Source of the DNA: an uncultured delta proteobacterium
GTDB taxonomy: Bacteria; Myxococcota_A; Polyangia; Polyangiales; Polyangiaceae
Length of the DNA: 64,000 nucleotides
Assembly: GCA_963806225.1 (NCBI GenBank)
Contig: CAWDXG010000004.1
Span: forward strand, 288,001 to 352,000
Direction of reading: 5' to 3'
Part shown: one piece after another, positions 10,495-20,056 of the stretch
How the letters are laid out: the number at the start of each line of letters is the position of its first letter
How positions within the stretch are numbered: the stretch's first letter is position 1
Notes under the pieces: generated by a model
Seen by the model: only the letters and a program-made list of their open reading frames with translations
Database searches by the model: none
What the model was told of the DNA's origin: nothing
Program-made: the position numbers and the translations under genes

Positions 10495-11727
10495 ATGATG
10501 CAAGGAAGAGGGCTGGAATCGGGGCGGCGCTTGCAGGGACTGGCTCTCGCACTGGGACTGGCCGCTGTTGTGGTGGCGTGTTCCAGTGGCAATTCGACGC
10601 CGGCCAAGGGCACGGGCGGCACGGGGGCATACGGCGGCTCCGGCTACGGCGGCTCCGGTTACGGCGGCTCCGGCGTTGGCGGTAGCGGCGGCCTGGGCGG
10701 CAGCGGTGGCACCGGTGGCAGCCAGCCCAGCATCGACTGGGGAAAGGTCATCGCGTCGCCGACTGCTCCTGGCTGCAAGTCGCTCTTCGACTACGCGGTG
10801 CTCGACAGCCAGTACGCGTACTACACCTGCGAGGGGGACCCGGCGACCTACTCGAGCACGCCACAGTACACGTTCTTCCGCGCGGCGATCCCCAACGGAA
10901 AACCGGAAGGTCTGCTGACCACGGATGGCAAGCTGGAGATCATGACCAAGGACGACGCCGCCTACTATCTGTGGAAGTGGTCGAAGTACAACTCCAGTAC
11001 GGGCTGGGACTACCCCGCCGTCGAGCGACTGCCGATGGGAAGCCAGACGCTTCAGGAGCTCGAAGCGCCACAAGTCAATCAGCCGGGTTTCATCACCCAG
11101 GACCAGACCGCCCTGTTCATGGGGGACGGCGGCGCCTACAAACTTGGAAAGCTGGATGGAGCGTTCTCCGGGGTCGCGTCCACCATGCGGTCCCCCGTCG
11201 AGGACGCGTGGCTCGCGACCGACCAGCTCGAGTGGGTGAGCGGCTCGTACACCGGCGCCGCGCCGGCCGCCTACCAGGTTCCACAGGCCGGAGGCCCGGG
11301 CGGAGGTGCCACGCCGCAGAAGCTGTTCGACTTCCCCGACCTGTGCATCGAGGTAGTACACGATCCTTCGACGGGCGGCTTCTGGGCCTTCTGCCTCAAG
11401 ACCGCGCAGGATCAGGTTGTCGACGTCATCCACTACACGGCGCTCGGCCCGCAGAGCACGCAGAAGCAGGTCACCTCTGGCGTCGGGCTCGCCGGCATAG
11501 GCCACGGGCCGATGGGAGTGGGCTCGAAGCTGTACTGGCTCGACGAGGGATATGGATCGGGCGGCCCGATGTCACTCCGCTCCGTCGACGCCAGCGGCGC
11601 CACGACCACGCTGCTCCTGCCGGAGGACTGCAATATCTACACCGTGCTCGACGGTTACGTGTACTTCAGAGCGACAGGCAGCGACGAGCTCCGCCGCGCC
11701 GCGCTGTCGGACGCGAAGACACCCTGA
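10495..11727 (+). CDS. Hypothetical lipoprotein
   Basis: Lipobox VVVAC, GGS linker, beta-propeller-like body. Confidence 0.75.
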   Translation: MMQGRGLESGRRLQGLALALGLAAVVVACSSGNSTPAKGTGGTGAYGGSGYGGSGYGGSGVGGSGGLGGSGGTGGSQPSIDWGKVIASPTAPGCKSLFDYAVLDSQYAYYTCEGDPATYSSTPQYTFFRAAIPNGKPEGLLTTDGKLEIMTKDDAAYYLWKWSKYNSSTGWDYPAVERLPMGSQTLQELEAPQVNQPGFITQDQTALFMGDGGAYKLGKLDGAFSGVASTMRSPVEDAWLATDQLEWVSGSYTGAAPAAYQVPQAGGPGGGATPQKLFDFPDLCIEVVHDPSTGGFWAFCLKTAQDQVVDVIHYTALGPQSTQKQVTSGVGLAGIGHGPMGVGSKLYWLDEGYGSGGPMSLRSVDASGATTTLLLPEDCNIYTVLDGYVYFRATGSDELRRAALSDAKTP

Positions 11728-11781
11728 AGCGGGACCCCCGCGAGCTGGAATCTGGATTGCACGGCGGACGTTTGGCCTGGG

Positions 11782-12225
11782 ATGAGCGCCAACGAGATCC
11801 GTGAGTTCCAGCTCTCAGACATGGAGGCGGCGACAAGCCTGCTCGAGGAGCTCGGCTACCCCTGTGGAGTGCCGGCCCTGGCAGCACGAGTGGCCCCGAT
11901 TCTCGAATCCGGAAGGGACTTCATTCTCGTAGCGACGCACCAGGGTCGCCCCGTCGGGCTCGCGAGCGTTCATCTGATCCCGATGGTGCATCGAGACGGC
12001 TCCGTCGCGCGCCTCACGGCCTTCGTCGTCACCGAGAACATGCGCGGACAGCGGCTGGGCTCGTCTCTTCTCGATGCGTGCGAGCGCGACGCCCGAGCAC
12101 GAGGGGCAGAGCGGATGGAGCTGACGAGCGGAGACGCGAGAGCCGGCGCGCATGCCTTCTACGAGACGCGCGGCTTCCAGCGCGAAGGTCAGCGCTTCAC
12201 GAAGAGGCTGGCTTCCGACGGGTAG
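11782..12225 (+). CDS. GNAT family N-acetyltransferase
   Basis: RGQRLGSSLL acetyl-CoA motif, AHAFYETRGF. Confidence 0.9.
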   Translation: MSANEIREFQLSDMEAATSLLEELGYPCGVPALAARVAPILESGRDFILVATHQGRPVGLASVHLIPMVHRDGSVARLTAFVVTENMRGQRLGSSLLDACERDARARGAERMELTSGDARAGAHAFYETRGFQREGQRFTKRLASDG

Positions 12226-12280
12226 CGCGACTCCTTCACCGCACGCGACGCTTCGAGTCGGATCGCGGGCTCGCCGGGTG

Positions 12281-12452
12281 AGGGCCAGGAAGTCCAACCC
12301 CGTTCCCGAAGTGTACGCCTGGCGGCAGAGCCGGGACAGTGGAGCGGGGGTCAACGGCGCGGATCGGCGCGGACAGGCTGGTGGAAGGGCGTAACCACCG
12401 GGAATCAGTGGACATAACGCCCAGACTGCGAAGGCGTCCCCGGGCTATGCTG
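12281..12452. repeat. Array repeat copy 4 (2 substitutions; minus-strand ATG changed to ACG)
   Basis: Direct sequence match. Confidence 0.97.
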
Positions 12453-12984
12453 AGAGCACGGCCTTCACGTTGTCCGCGCCGTGGTGGTGCACGGTGTACG
12501 CCGTGCTCATGAACTTGTACTCGTGGTCGGCGTCGCCCCAGTGCACGTCGCCGGTGCAGTACGGGACGTAGACGTGGGTCCAGTCGCGGAACGGATTTCG
12601 CGGGTCCGAGTGGTCGAGCAGGCCCGTCGCCACGGACTCGTCCGACATGGCGGGCGGAATGCGCATGTGGTCCACGAAGATGTGCGCGCCAGGCGTACAG
12701 CTGAGATAGTCCCAGCAGGCTCCTCCGCCCTGGAACTCGACAATGACCTTGTTGACCTTGCCGGGCCGCACGAAAAACTCCCACGGCTGCCCCCGCGCGC
12801 ACATCGTGTTGGCGCCCGGTTTGATCGTGTTCCAGCCCTGCTTCAGCTGATCCAGCGTTGGCTCCGGACCGTAGTGTGGCGTCTTGTTCGAGGCCTTTGT
12901 CGTGCTGCTGCCGCAGCCCGCGGAAAGCAGCCCACAGCCCAGCACGACGAGAACCCACCCGAATACCCGATTCCCCTTTGCCAT
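12453..12984 (-). pseudogene. N-terminal half of a pectinacetylesterase-family lipoprotein, cut by repeat copy 4
   Basis: Lipobox LSAGC, FQGGGACW, NPFRDWTHVYVPYCTGDVHWG; ends before the catalytic GxSAG. Confidence 0.85.
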
Positions 12985-13014
12985 GCTCGAAGCATCGGTC
13001 CGGAGCGCGAGCGC

Positions 13015-13443
13015 ATCCCCCTGTCCCGCTACGCGCTGTATTCGCAGGGCATCGAGCTGTACCTGGCTCCGACCTGGGATGCCGGAGAATCCTGGATCGG
13101 CAGCATGCAGCACATCGCGCGTGAAGGGCGCTGCTGGGTTGCCAGCGCAGCAACGGCGCTCCAGGCCAGCGATCTGCCCGCGGACATGCCCGGACGCGAG
13201 CAGCTCTTTCCCGATCCGGATGAATGGATCAATCCTGGCGACGCCGTGGTGATCGCCCCCGGCGGCAAGATCGTCGCTGGCCCTCTGCATCGCGACAAGG
13301 GCGTGCTCTTCGCCGATGTCGACCCGACCGCCGTAGCGGTTGCCAGGCGCAGCCTCGACGTTGCCGGACACTACTCGCGACCGGACATCTTCCGGCTCGA
13401 GGTCAACCGCGAGCGCTACAAGCCGATCGACTTCGACGACTGA
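13015..13443 (+). pseudogene. C-terminal fragment of a nitrilase/carbon-nitrogen hydrolase
   Basis: PLSRYALYSQGIELYLAPTWD, HIAREGRCWV, LDVAGHYSRPDIF; the catalytic CWE and N-terminus are absent. Confidence 0.85.
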
Positions 13444-13510
13444 GCGCCGGCGCCGCGATGGGAGCGGGGCCTCGCTCCAGCGCCTCGAGACGGGGCGTCC
13501 GGTGCGGGTT

Positions 13511-14440
13511 TCAGGGGCTCTTGCTGTGCTCCGCCTGGGCTTTCTTGTAGGCCTTGATCAGCTCGCGCTGACCGTCGGACAGGTCCTTCTTGTCGGTGTC
13601 GCTCAATGGGTTCTTCGGCGCCCTCTCGGGTGGGATGGCGCGGATCCGTACCGTGGCACCGGGAAGCGAAGAGGTGGGCGGGCCCTGCTGCGTCAGGCTG
13701 TACGGGGTGATCGGGTAGCGAAGGTCGACCGTGAGGCGGCATCGACCGTTCATGGGCACCTGCGTATTGCCCGCCTCTGCTTTGGGTACCTGCTGCGACA
13801 CCTCCAGCTTCAAGTCGACGCGTGGACCCTCGTGCTTCACGAGCTCGAAGCGCCGGGTCTCCTTGATGCCCGTGCTGACATCCTGCTGCAGCTCCCAGCG
13901 CGCTCCAGGCCCCACAGCCTGCTCGGGCAGGGGCAGCGGCACGATCATGGAGGCGAATTTCGTCGCGTACTTCTCGTCGGAACGAGGGAGGGCGTCCATG
14001 CGAACCGACTTCGTCCGACCGACAGGCGTAGTCGACAGCATGAGCCTCCCGGCGGGCGAATCTCCGGCGGGCCGGATGGGCGTGAATCCGATCGCGAACG
14101 CACCGTCGTGGACGGGACCGACCCGGACGGTGGCGCTGAGCGGGGTCTTCAGGGAACCGTTCCCCCACCGGAACGACAGCTCGATCCGTTGCTTCTCGCC
14201 GCCTTTCCACTGGTAGCGCAGGCGGCTTCGCGGCTCCGCGCCCGCCGATAGCAACTTCGGCTCCAGGTGCGGGGGCTTGACCGCGTGCTTGGGCAATGGA
14301 CCCTCGAGTGCCTTGGGCACTCCGGCGCTCCGCTCCGGCGCCACGTCACCGGGTGCTTTGTGCTTCTTGCAACCCGCTACTGGAGCCAGAGCTCCGAGAG
14401 CCAGAACGAAAACGCCGCCCTGCCGAAGTATCCGTCGCAT
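13511..14440 (-). CDS. Hypothetical lipoprotein
   Basis: MRRILRQGGVFVLALGALAPVAGC lipobox; LLSAGAEPRSRLRY and LPLPEQAVGPGARW motifs. Confidence 0.7.
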   Translation of the reverse strand: MRRILRQGGVFVLALGALAPVAGCKKHKAPGDVAPERSAGVPKALEGPLPKHAVKPPHLEPKLLSAGAEPRSRLRYQWKGGEKQRIELSFRWGNGSLKTPLSATVRVGPVHDGAFAIGFTPIRPAGDSPAGRLMLSTTPVGRTKSVRMDALPRSDEKYATKFASMIVPLPLPEQAVGPGARWELQQDVSTGIKETRRFELVKHEGPRVDLKLEVSQQVPKAEAGNTQVPMNGRCRLTVDLRYPITPYSLTQQGPPTSSLPGATVRIRAIPPERAPKNPLSDTDKKDLSDGQRELIKAYKKAQAEHSKSP

Positions 14441-14908
14441 GCCACCCGAGCCTAGAGCGACACGACCGGCAGCGCGCGTCAAGAGCGTCGACCGGGCCGC
14501 CTGCCCGGCGACGTAGAACGTGAGGTGCGGCTTGCCGGGATAGGGCATGCGCTTTCTCGGCTCGAAGCTGCCCGACCCCCGCTTCACGACGAGCTCGTCT
14601 TGCCCATCGCTTCTGCTATGGCCCGCTCCGGAACGCACGGCCGTCACGTTCAGCGCGAGCGTTGCCGAGTCCGCGGACGCCAGCGTGTACGTGCCGCGCA
14701 CCACGTAGCCGCCGCCCGGCTCGAGATCGCCGCGCGTCCCCCGCACGGACGTGATCGTCACCGCGTCGCCGGTCTCGAGGTTCGACGTGGTCGGCGCGAC
14801 CGCGACGTCATAGGTGAATCGCGTTCCCGGCGGCACCGAAGCGTCGACCCCCGTCGCGCTGGCGCGCTCCGCCGTCGCCGGGATGGAGCGCGTTGCGCGC
14901 CGCACCGG
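14441..14908 (-). pseudogene. Startless fragment of an unknown beta-rich protein, cut by repeat copy 5
   Basis: Protein-like frame GDAVTITSVRGTRGDLEPGGGYVVRGTYTLAS...PGKPHLTFY with no start of its own. Confidence 0.5.
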
Positions 14909-15080
14909 AGGGCCAGGAAGTCCAACCCCATTCCCGAAGTGTACGCCTGGCGGCAGAGCCGGGACAGTGGAGCGGGGGTCAACGGCGCGGATCGGCGCGG
15001 ACAGGCTGGTGGAAGGGCGTAACCACCGGGAATCAGTGGACATAACGCCCAGACTGCGAAGTCGTCCCCGGGCTATGCTG
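14909..15080. repeat. Array repeat copy 5 (consensus)
   Basis: Direct sequence match. Confidence 0.97.
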
Positions 15081-15262
15081 AAGCCACAGGGTCGGCGATG
15101 TCACCGCCACCGCGCTGCTCCTTGCGACAACCTCGCAGAACTACTTCGCTGAAGGCGACCGCGGAACCGTCTCGCCCTCACGCGACCGGTCGCACGCTGC
15201 CGCGCAGCGGCTTCGTCCAATCGCCGTTACGCGATCTCCCGCGCTGTGCCGCTGGGGATGCT

Positions 15263-17092
15263 TCAGGTGCCGCCCCCGCTCCCACCGCTTCCCGACGAGC
15301 CGGGACACGCTCCCATATAGGCGACATAGGTGCCAGCGTTGCCCTCGCAGGCGGTCTTGAACTGCGCGAACGAGGCGTAGCAGTGGCACCCCGGTTGCTG
15401 GCACTGGTCGGCCGGGCACGACTCATAGGTCATATACTCAACATAGTCGGTCCCCATGCAGCAGTACTGCGCCTTCTCGGTGCTGCACGGACCCGGAAGC
15501 CAGTCATCCATGGGTACGTCGGCGGCCGCCGCGGCGCTACACGTAATTTGAGTACACCGGACAAACCCGGTCGCGTAGCGCTGGTTGGCGTGGCAGATCG
15601 TAGCGCCGCTGTTGGAAGGCACGGGCGGCGGCGGCGGACGCAGCGTTCCGTCGTACGAGATGTAGTTGCACATGATGTTTCCGCTTGCGTCGCGCTGGTA
15701 GCAAGGGTCTTCATCGGCAATCCACGGGCAGATATGGGAAACAGGCTCGAAAGCCCCGGCCTGGACTTCGTCGTGGCACAGGTAGACCAGGTGTCCGTCA
15801 TCGGTGATCGCCCCGAACTCCTTGTCCGCGAGCCGTTTGAACACGAGGTCGGTCGCGGGCGCGATCACCTTCGTGGTGCCCGTCGAAGGATCCACGTACC
15901 AGCACTCGAGCTTGCCGCCCTTGCGGATGCCGCAGACCCCAGACTTCATCACGCGGACGTCTTCAAACGCGCCCGAAGGCGGAGTGGGCACCGTTACGTT
16001 TGACGGCCCCCAGCACGCAAGCTCCCCCGAATCCGAACGGATCGCACAGGCAAACCCGAGCGAGCTGACCTTGCTGAAAGGCCCCGTCGGGACGTTGTTC
16101 GGCCAGAGCGTAGGGTCTGCCGCGTCGGACCCCTCGAGCCAGCAGCGGACCTCGCCCGTGCCCTCGACGACGCCACATCCCCTGTCCATCTGGGAGAAAG
16201 CCACGCGCTCGGGAGCGCTACCGTTCTGCCAACAGGTCACGTACGCCTTCCAGCGGATCCCGTCATAATTCGTTGCAGGATAGGGATCCGTCTCCAGCAT
16301 GCATCCCTTCCCCGTCCCCGCGGGCAACGTGTTGTCGTAGTACACGCGGCTCAGAGAGGGATTCGCCGAACCGTTGTCAATGTTGGTCGTCCAGCAAAGA
16401 ACCTGGTGGTTGTCGCGCCGCAAGCCGCATCCCAACGTGAGCGCCGAGAAAGGTGCAGCGGGCGTAGCGCATAGGTCCGCGTTGCGACATTGATCGGGGG
16501 AAACCCCCATTGTCGTCCCGTTGGGGTCGAAGATACCGGTACAGCTGGGGATTCCATCGGTCCCGAAGCCGCAGAACTGTGGACCTCCAAGGTAGTTCGC
16601 CGCGATGTCGGTGAACTGCTTGGCCGAGAGGTTCGTCCCGAGGACGAGCTGGGTCACGGCATCGGACGGCCAACTACTGACAAACACCGGGTCGCGACGA
16701 CGCGTGCCGAACTGCAGGAGCCGGCCGTCCGCGGCGCGAAGGCCCACGTGAAGGTAGTCACCCATACCGTTATAGTAGGCAGTGGCAGTAGCCACCTTTT
16801 GGAAGCGCGCGCTGCGCGCCACCGCATGGGCGAGGGTCTCCACAGTGGAGCCCCCGTCAGTGGAGCCGCCGCCCCCACCGGCATTGCCGCCGCCGCCCCC
16901 ACCGGCATTGCCGCCGCCGCCGACACCGGCATTGCCGCCGCCGCCGACACCGGCGGCGTTACCCGCGCTATTCGAGCCGCATCCGACCGCTGGCCCGGCG
17001 AGCATGGCACACGCCCCCAGCGTCAGGACCACCCTAGCCCACCGCCCAACTCGAGAGGAAACCGCCGCACTATGACTACTCTGAGATCGCAT
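15263..17092 (-). CDS. Cys-rich lipoprotein with RCC1-like repeats
   Basis: Lipobox PAVGC, GGGGNA linker, ACAIRSDSGELACWG-type repeats. Confidence 0.75.
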   Translation of the reverse strand: MRSQSSHSAAVSSRVGRWARVVLTLGACAMLAGPAVGCGSNSAGNAAGVGGGGNAGVGGGGNAGGGGGGNAGGGGGSTDGGSTVETLAHAVARSARFQKVATATAYYNGMGDYLHVGLRAADGRLLQFGTRRRDPVFVSSWPSDAVTQLVLGTNLSAKQFTDIAANYLGGPQFCGFGTDGIPSCTGIFDPNGTTMGVSPDQCRNADLCATPAAPFSALTLGCGLRRDNHQVLCWTTNIDNGSANPSLSRVYYDNTLPAGTGKGCMLETDPYPATNYDGIRWKAYVTCWQNGSAPERVAFSQMDRGCGVVEGTGEVRCWLEGSDAADPTLWPNNVPTGPFSKVSSLGFACAIRSDSGELACWGPSNVTVPTPPSGAFEDVRVMKSGVCGIRKGGKLECWYVDPSTGTTKVIAPATDLVFKRLADKEFGAITDDGHLVYLCHDEVQAGAFEPVSHICPWIADEDPCYQRDASGNIMCNYISYDGTLRPPPPPVPSNSGATICHANQRYATGFVRCTQITCSAAAAADVPMDDWLPGPCSTEKAQYCCMGTDYVEYMTYESCPADQCQQPGCHCYASFAQFKTACEGNAGTYVAYMGACPGSSGSGGSGGGT

Positions 17093-17268
17093 CAACCACG
17101 CCTCCGGAAGGAAGTCACAATGTCAAGGGCGTCTTCCGAGATCCATGGGTAATTCCTTGAGGCCGTGGACGCCGGCTCGGCCCGTAAGGCAGACGCTCAT
17201 CGAGCGCGTAGGTAGGACAAGCGCCCTCGCTCGGCCTGGTTGCCTGCGCTCTCGGACTGGTTGTCCGG

Positions 17269-17874
17269 ATGCACGTGACGGTCGGCATTCCCCACGGCAA
17301 GGTGGAGGAGCGCCTGGTCACCGTGCTGACGGGGCCGGAGATCGAGCGCGTGCTGGCGGCAACGCAGTCGGCGAAGTACCGCGCCATCTTCATGCTGGCC
17401 TATGGCGCTGGGCTCCGCATCGGCGAGGTCTGCGCCCTGCACGTCGGGGACATCGACAGCCAGCGCGGCCTCATCCACGTGCGCGCAGGCAAGACCGGCG
17501 AGCGCTACGTTCCGCTGGGAAAGCGCGTGCTCGCGTTGCTGCGTGACTACTGGAGGGCGCACCGCCCGCCGGGCCCCGAGCTATTTCCCGGACGCGGAGC
17601 GCGCCGCACACTGTGCCGCAACTCGGTGAAACGGGTGCTCGACAAGGTGGTGCGCGAGGCCGGCATCGACAAGCGGGTCACGCCGCACACCTTCCGGCAC
17701 ACCTGCGCGACCCATCTGCTCGACAGCGGCGTCAACGTGCGCAGCGTGCAGGTGATGCTCGGGCATCGCTCCATCAAGAGCACGGCCCACTACCTGCACG
17801 TCAGCCAGCAGCGCCTCGCCGCGCTGCCGAGCCCGCTCGATCTGCTCGGTACGGCGCGCGGCAGCCGCCTCTAA
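17269..17874 (+). CDS. Tyrosine recombinase/integrase catalytic domain (N-terminal domain apparently missing)
   Basis: YGAGLRIGE, HTFRHTCATHLL, LGHRSIKSTAHY; sits directly upstream of an IS91 transposase. Confidence 0.9.
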   Translation: MHVTVGIPHGKVEERLVTVLTGPEIERVLAATQSAKYRAIFMLAYGAGLRIGEVCALHVGDIDSQRGLIHVRAGKTGERYVPLGKRVLALLRDYWRAHRPPGPELFPGRGARRTLCRNSVKRVLDKVVREAGIDKRVTPHTFRHTCATHLLDSGVNVRSVQVMLGHRSIKSTAHYLHVSQQRLAALPSPLDLLGTARGSRL

Positions 17875-17892
17875 CCGCTCGGCCCGGTCGTC

Positions 17893-18890
17893 ATGCCGTG
17901 CGTGGGCACGGCGCCCGCTCGCCCTCGACTCGAGGTCGCAGACATCCTGCGCGCCGAGCTCGGGGACGATGCGGAGCGCCCGGGACTCGGTGCCGATCAG
18001 CGGGCGGCAGCGCGGGACATCCTGCGCTGTCGCACGGCTCGACTCGGCGGTCATCTCGAAGTCTGCTCTCACTGCGGCTTCGAACGCCCCGCCTACAACT
18101 CCTGCCGCAACCGCCACTGTCCGAAATGCCAGGCGCTCGCTTCGGCGCGCTGGGTCGAGACGCGCATGCGACGCGTGCTGCCGACGCACCACTTCCACGT
18201 CGTCTTCACGCTGCCGGCGGAGCTGCACTCTCTCGCCCGCCGCAACCGCGCGCTGGTGTTCGAGCTCTTGTTGCGGGCCGCGGCCGAAACGCTGCTCGAC
18301 CTCGCTCGCGACCGGCGTTGGCTCGGCGAGCCCGCCCAGCTCGGCGTCACTACCGTGCTGCACACGTGGACGCGCGAGCTTCGCTTCCATCCCCACGCCC
18401 ACTGCATCGTCACCGGCGGCGGGCTCTCGCTCGATCAGCAGCGCTGGGTGCCTGCGCCCGCCGACTTCCTGTTTCCCGTCCGCGTCCTCGGCGCACTGTT
18501 CCGCGGCAAGCTGCTCGACGCCCTCGCCCGCGCGAGGCGACAGGGCCGACTGCTCCTGCCCGACTCCAGCCCAGACGACCGCGCCCTGCGCCGCCGGCTC
18601 GACCGGCTCTATCGCCAGAGCTGGGTCGTCTACGCCAAGCGGCCTTTCGGCGGCCCGGAGCAGGTCTATCGCTATCTCGGCCGCTACACCCATCGCATCG
18701 CCATCAGCAACGCGCGACTGATCGCCGACGACAAGCGCGGCGTCACCTTCCGCACGCGCGGCGGACTCACCGCCACGCTTGCGCGTGGACAATTCGTGCG
18801 CCGCTTCCTCGATCACGTGCTGCCGAGCGGCTTCGTCAAGATCCGTCACTCCGGATTGCTCGCCTCCGGCAACGTCCGCTCGCGACTCGA
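17893..18890 (+). mobile_element. IS91-family (Y2) transposase, C-terminally truncated by repeat copy 6
   Basis: YNSCRNRHCPKC zinc domain, HVVFTLP, LHTW...HPHAH HUH, YLGRY; the frame runs into the repeat. Confidence 0.92.
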
Positions 18891-19062
18891 AGGGCCAGGA
18901 AGTCCAACCCCATTCCCGAAGTGTACGCCTGGCGGCAGAGCCGGGACAGTGGAGCGGGGGTCAACGGCGCGGATCGGCGCGGACAGGCTGGTGGAAGGGC
19001 GTAACCACCGGGAATCAGTGGACATAACGCCCAGACTGCGAAGTCGTCCCCGGGCTATGCTG
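18891..19062. repeat. Array repeat copy 6 (consensus)
   Basis: Direct sequence match. Confidence 0.97.
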
Positions 19063-19087
19063 AATGCGTCGCATGGTGCGCTCGTGA

Positions 19088-19187
19088 TCACTTGGGCGTG
19101 AGCTTCATGACGGTACCGTCGCCGCCGTTGGTCCAGTAGACGCCGGCGCTGTCTACAGCGACACCATCAGGGCGCGCCTGGTCGCTA
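19088..19187 (-). pseudogene. Short C-terminal remnant of a beta-propeller protein
   Basis: Own translation: SDQARPDGVAVDSAGVYWTNGGDGTVMKLTPK-stop, with an in-frame stop shortly upstream. Confidence 0.55.
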
Positions 19188-19266
19188 AGACATCAAAACG
19201 CTCGCGTACGCCGGGCCTCCGGCGCTCGTCGAGATGGCTCTGTTTGGACGGTGATGAAGCGCGAGA

Positions 19267-19746
19267 TCACCGGTTGACACAAGCGCCTTTGGGTCCGGCA
19301 AATCCGTTATCCTTTCCTGCGCATTGGCAAGTACCGGAGGTGTCGTAGCTGCAGGTCCAACTCACGTCCTGTGCCGGCCACGCGCACATCTGATTCGCAG
19401 GACAGTCAGTGTCCTTGAGGCAAGGGTTGCCCAGCGTTCGCAAACAACCGGTCGCTGTGTACGGACTACTCACGCTACCACAGCTGACCAGTTGCGTTCT
19501 GCACGTGTCCTTGAACGAACACGAGCTGATCGTTCCCTGAAGACGAGCACAGCTTGCGCCAGCCGACCCGCCCGTATTGGCAGCGGCAGCGTCCCCGTTG
19601 GCGGTTGCTCCCCCAACGCCGGCGGAGCCACCGCTGCTTCCGGCCGGCCCGACCCGGCCACTGCATGACAATGCAAATGCGCACGACACTGCCAAGAATG
19701 CGAGGTGTCCGCGAACCCGCCCTGCTTGACCTGGGATGCACTGCAT
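19267..19746 (-). CDS. Small Cys-rich lipoprotein
   Basis: FLAVSCAFALSC lipobox, Gly-Ser linker, many Cys. Confidence 0.6.
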   Translation of the reverse strand: MQCIPGQAGRVRGHLAFLAVSCAFALSCSGRVGPAGSSGGSAGVGGATANGDAAAANTGGSAGASCARLQGTISSCSFKDTCRTQLVSCGSVSSPYTATGCLRTLGNPCLKDTDCPANQMCAWPAQDVSWTCSYDTSGTCQCAGKDNGFAGPKGACVNR

Positions 19747-20056
19747 AAGTCCTCCTCCGACATCGCTACGGGTAGTCGGCCCGTAGAGTCGTCAAGTAAT
19801 GAACCAGCGTAGTAGTCATTCGGAACCCTGATCCGCCATAGGTCCCTCCGCCGAGGTTCCACACCATGTTGCCAATAACATAAGGCCCGTTTGACCCTGG
19901 CGAATAACTGTAGGGCCAGGAAGTCCAACCCCATTCCCGAAGTGTACGCCTGGCGGCAGAGCCGGGACAGTGGAGCGGGGGTCAACGGCGCGGATCGGCG
20001 CGGACAGGCTGGTGGAAGGGCGTAACCACCGGGAATCAGTGGACATAACGCCCAGA

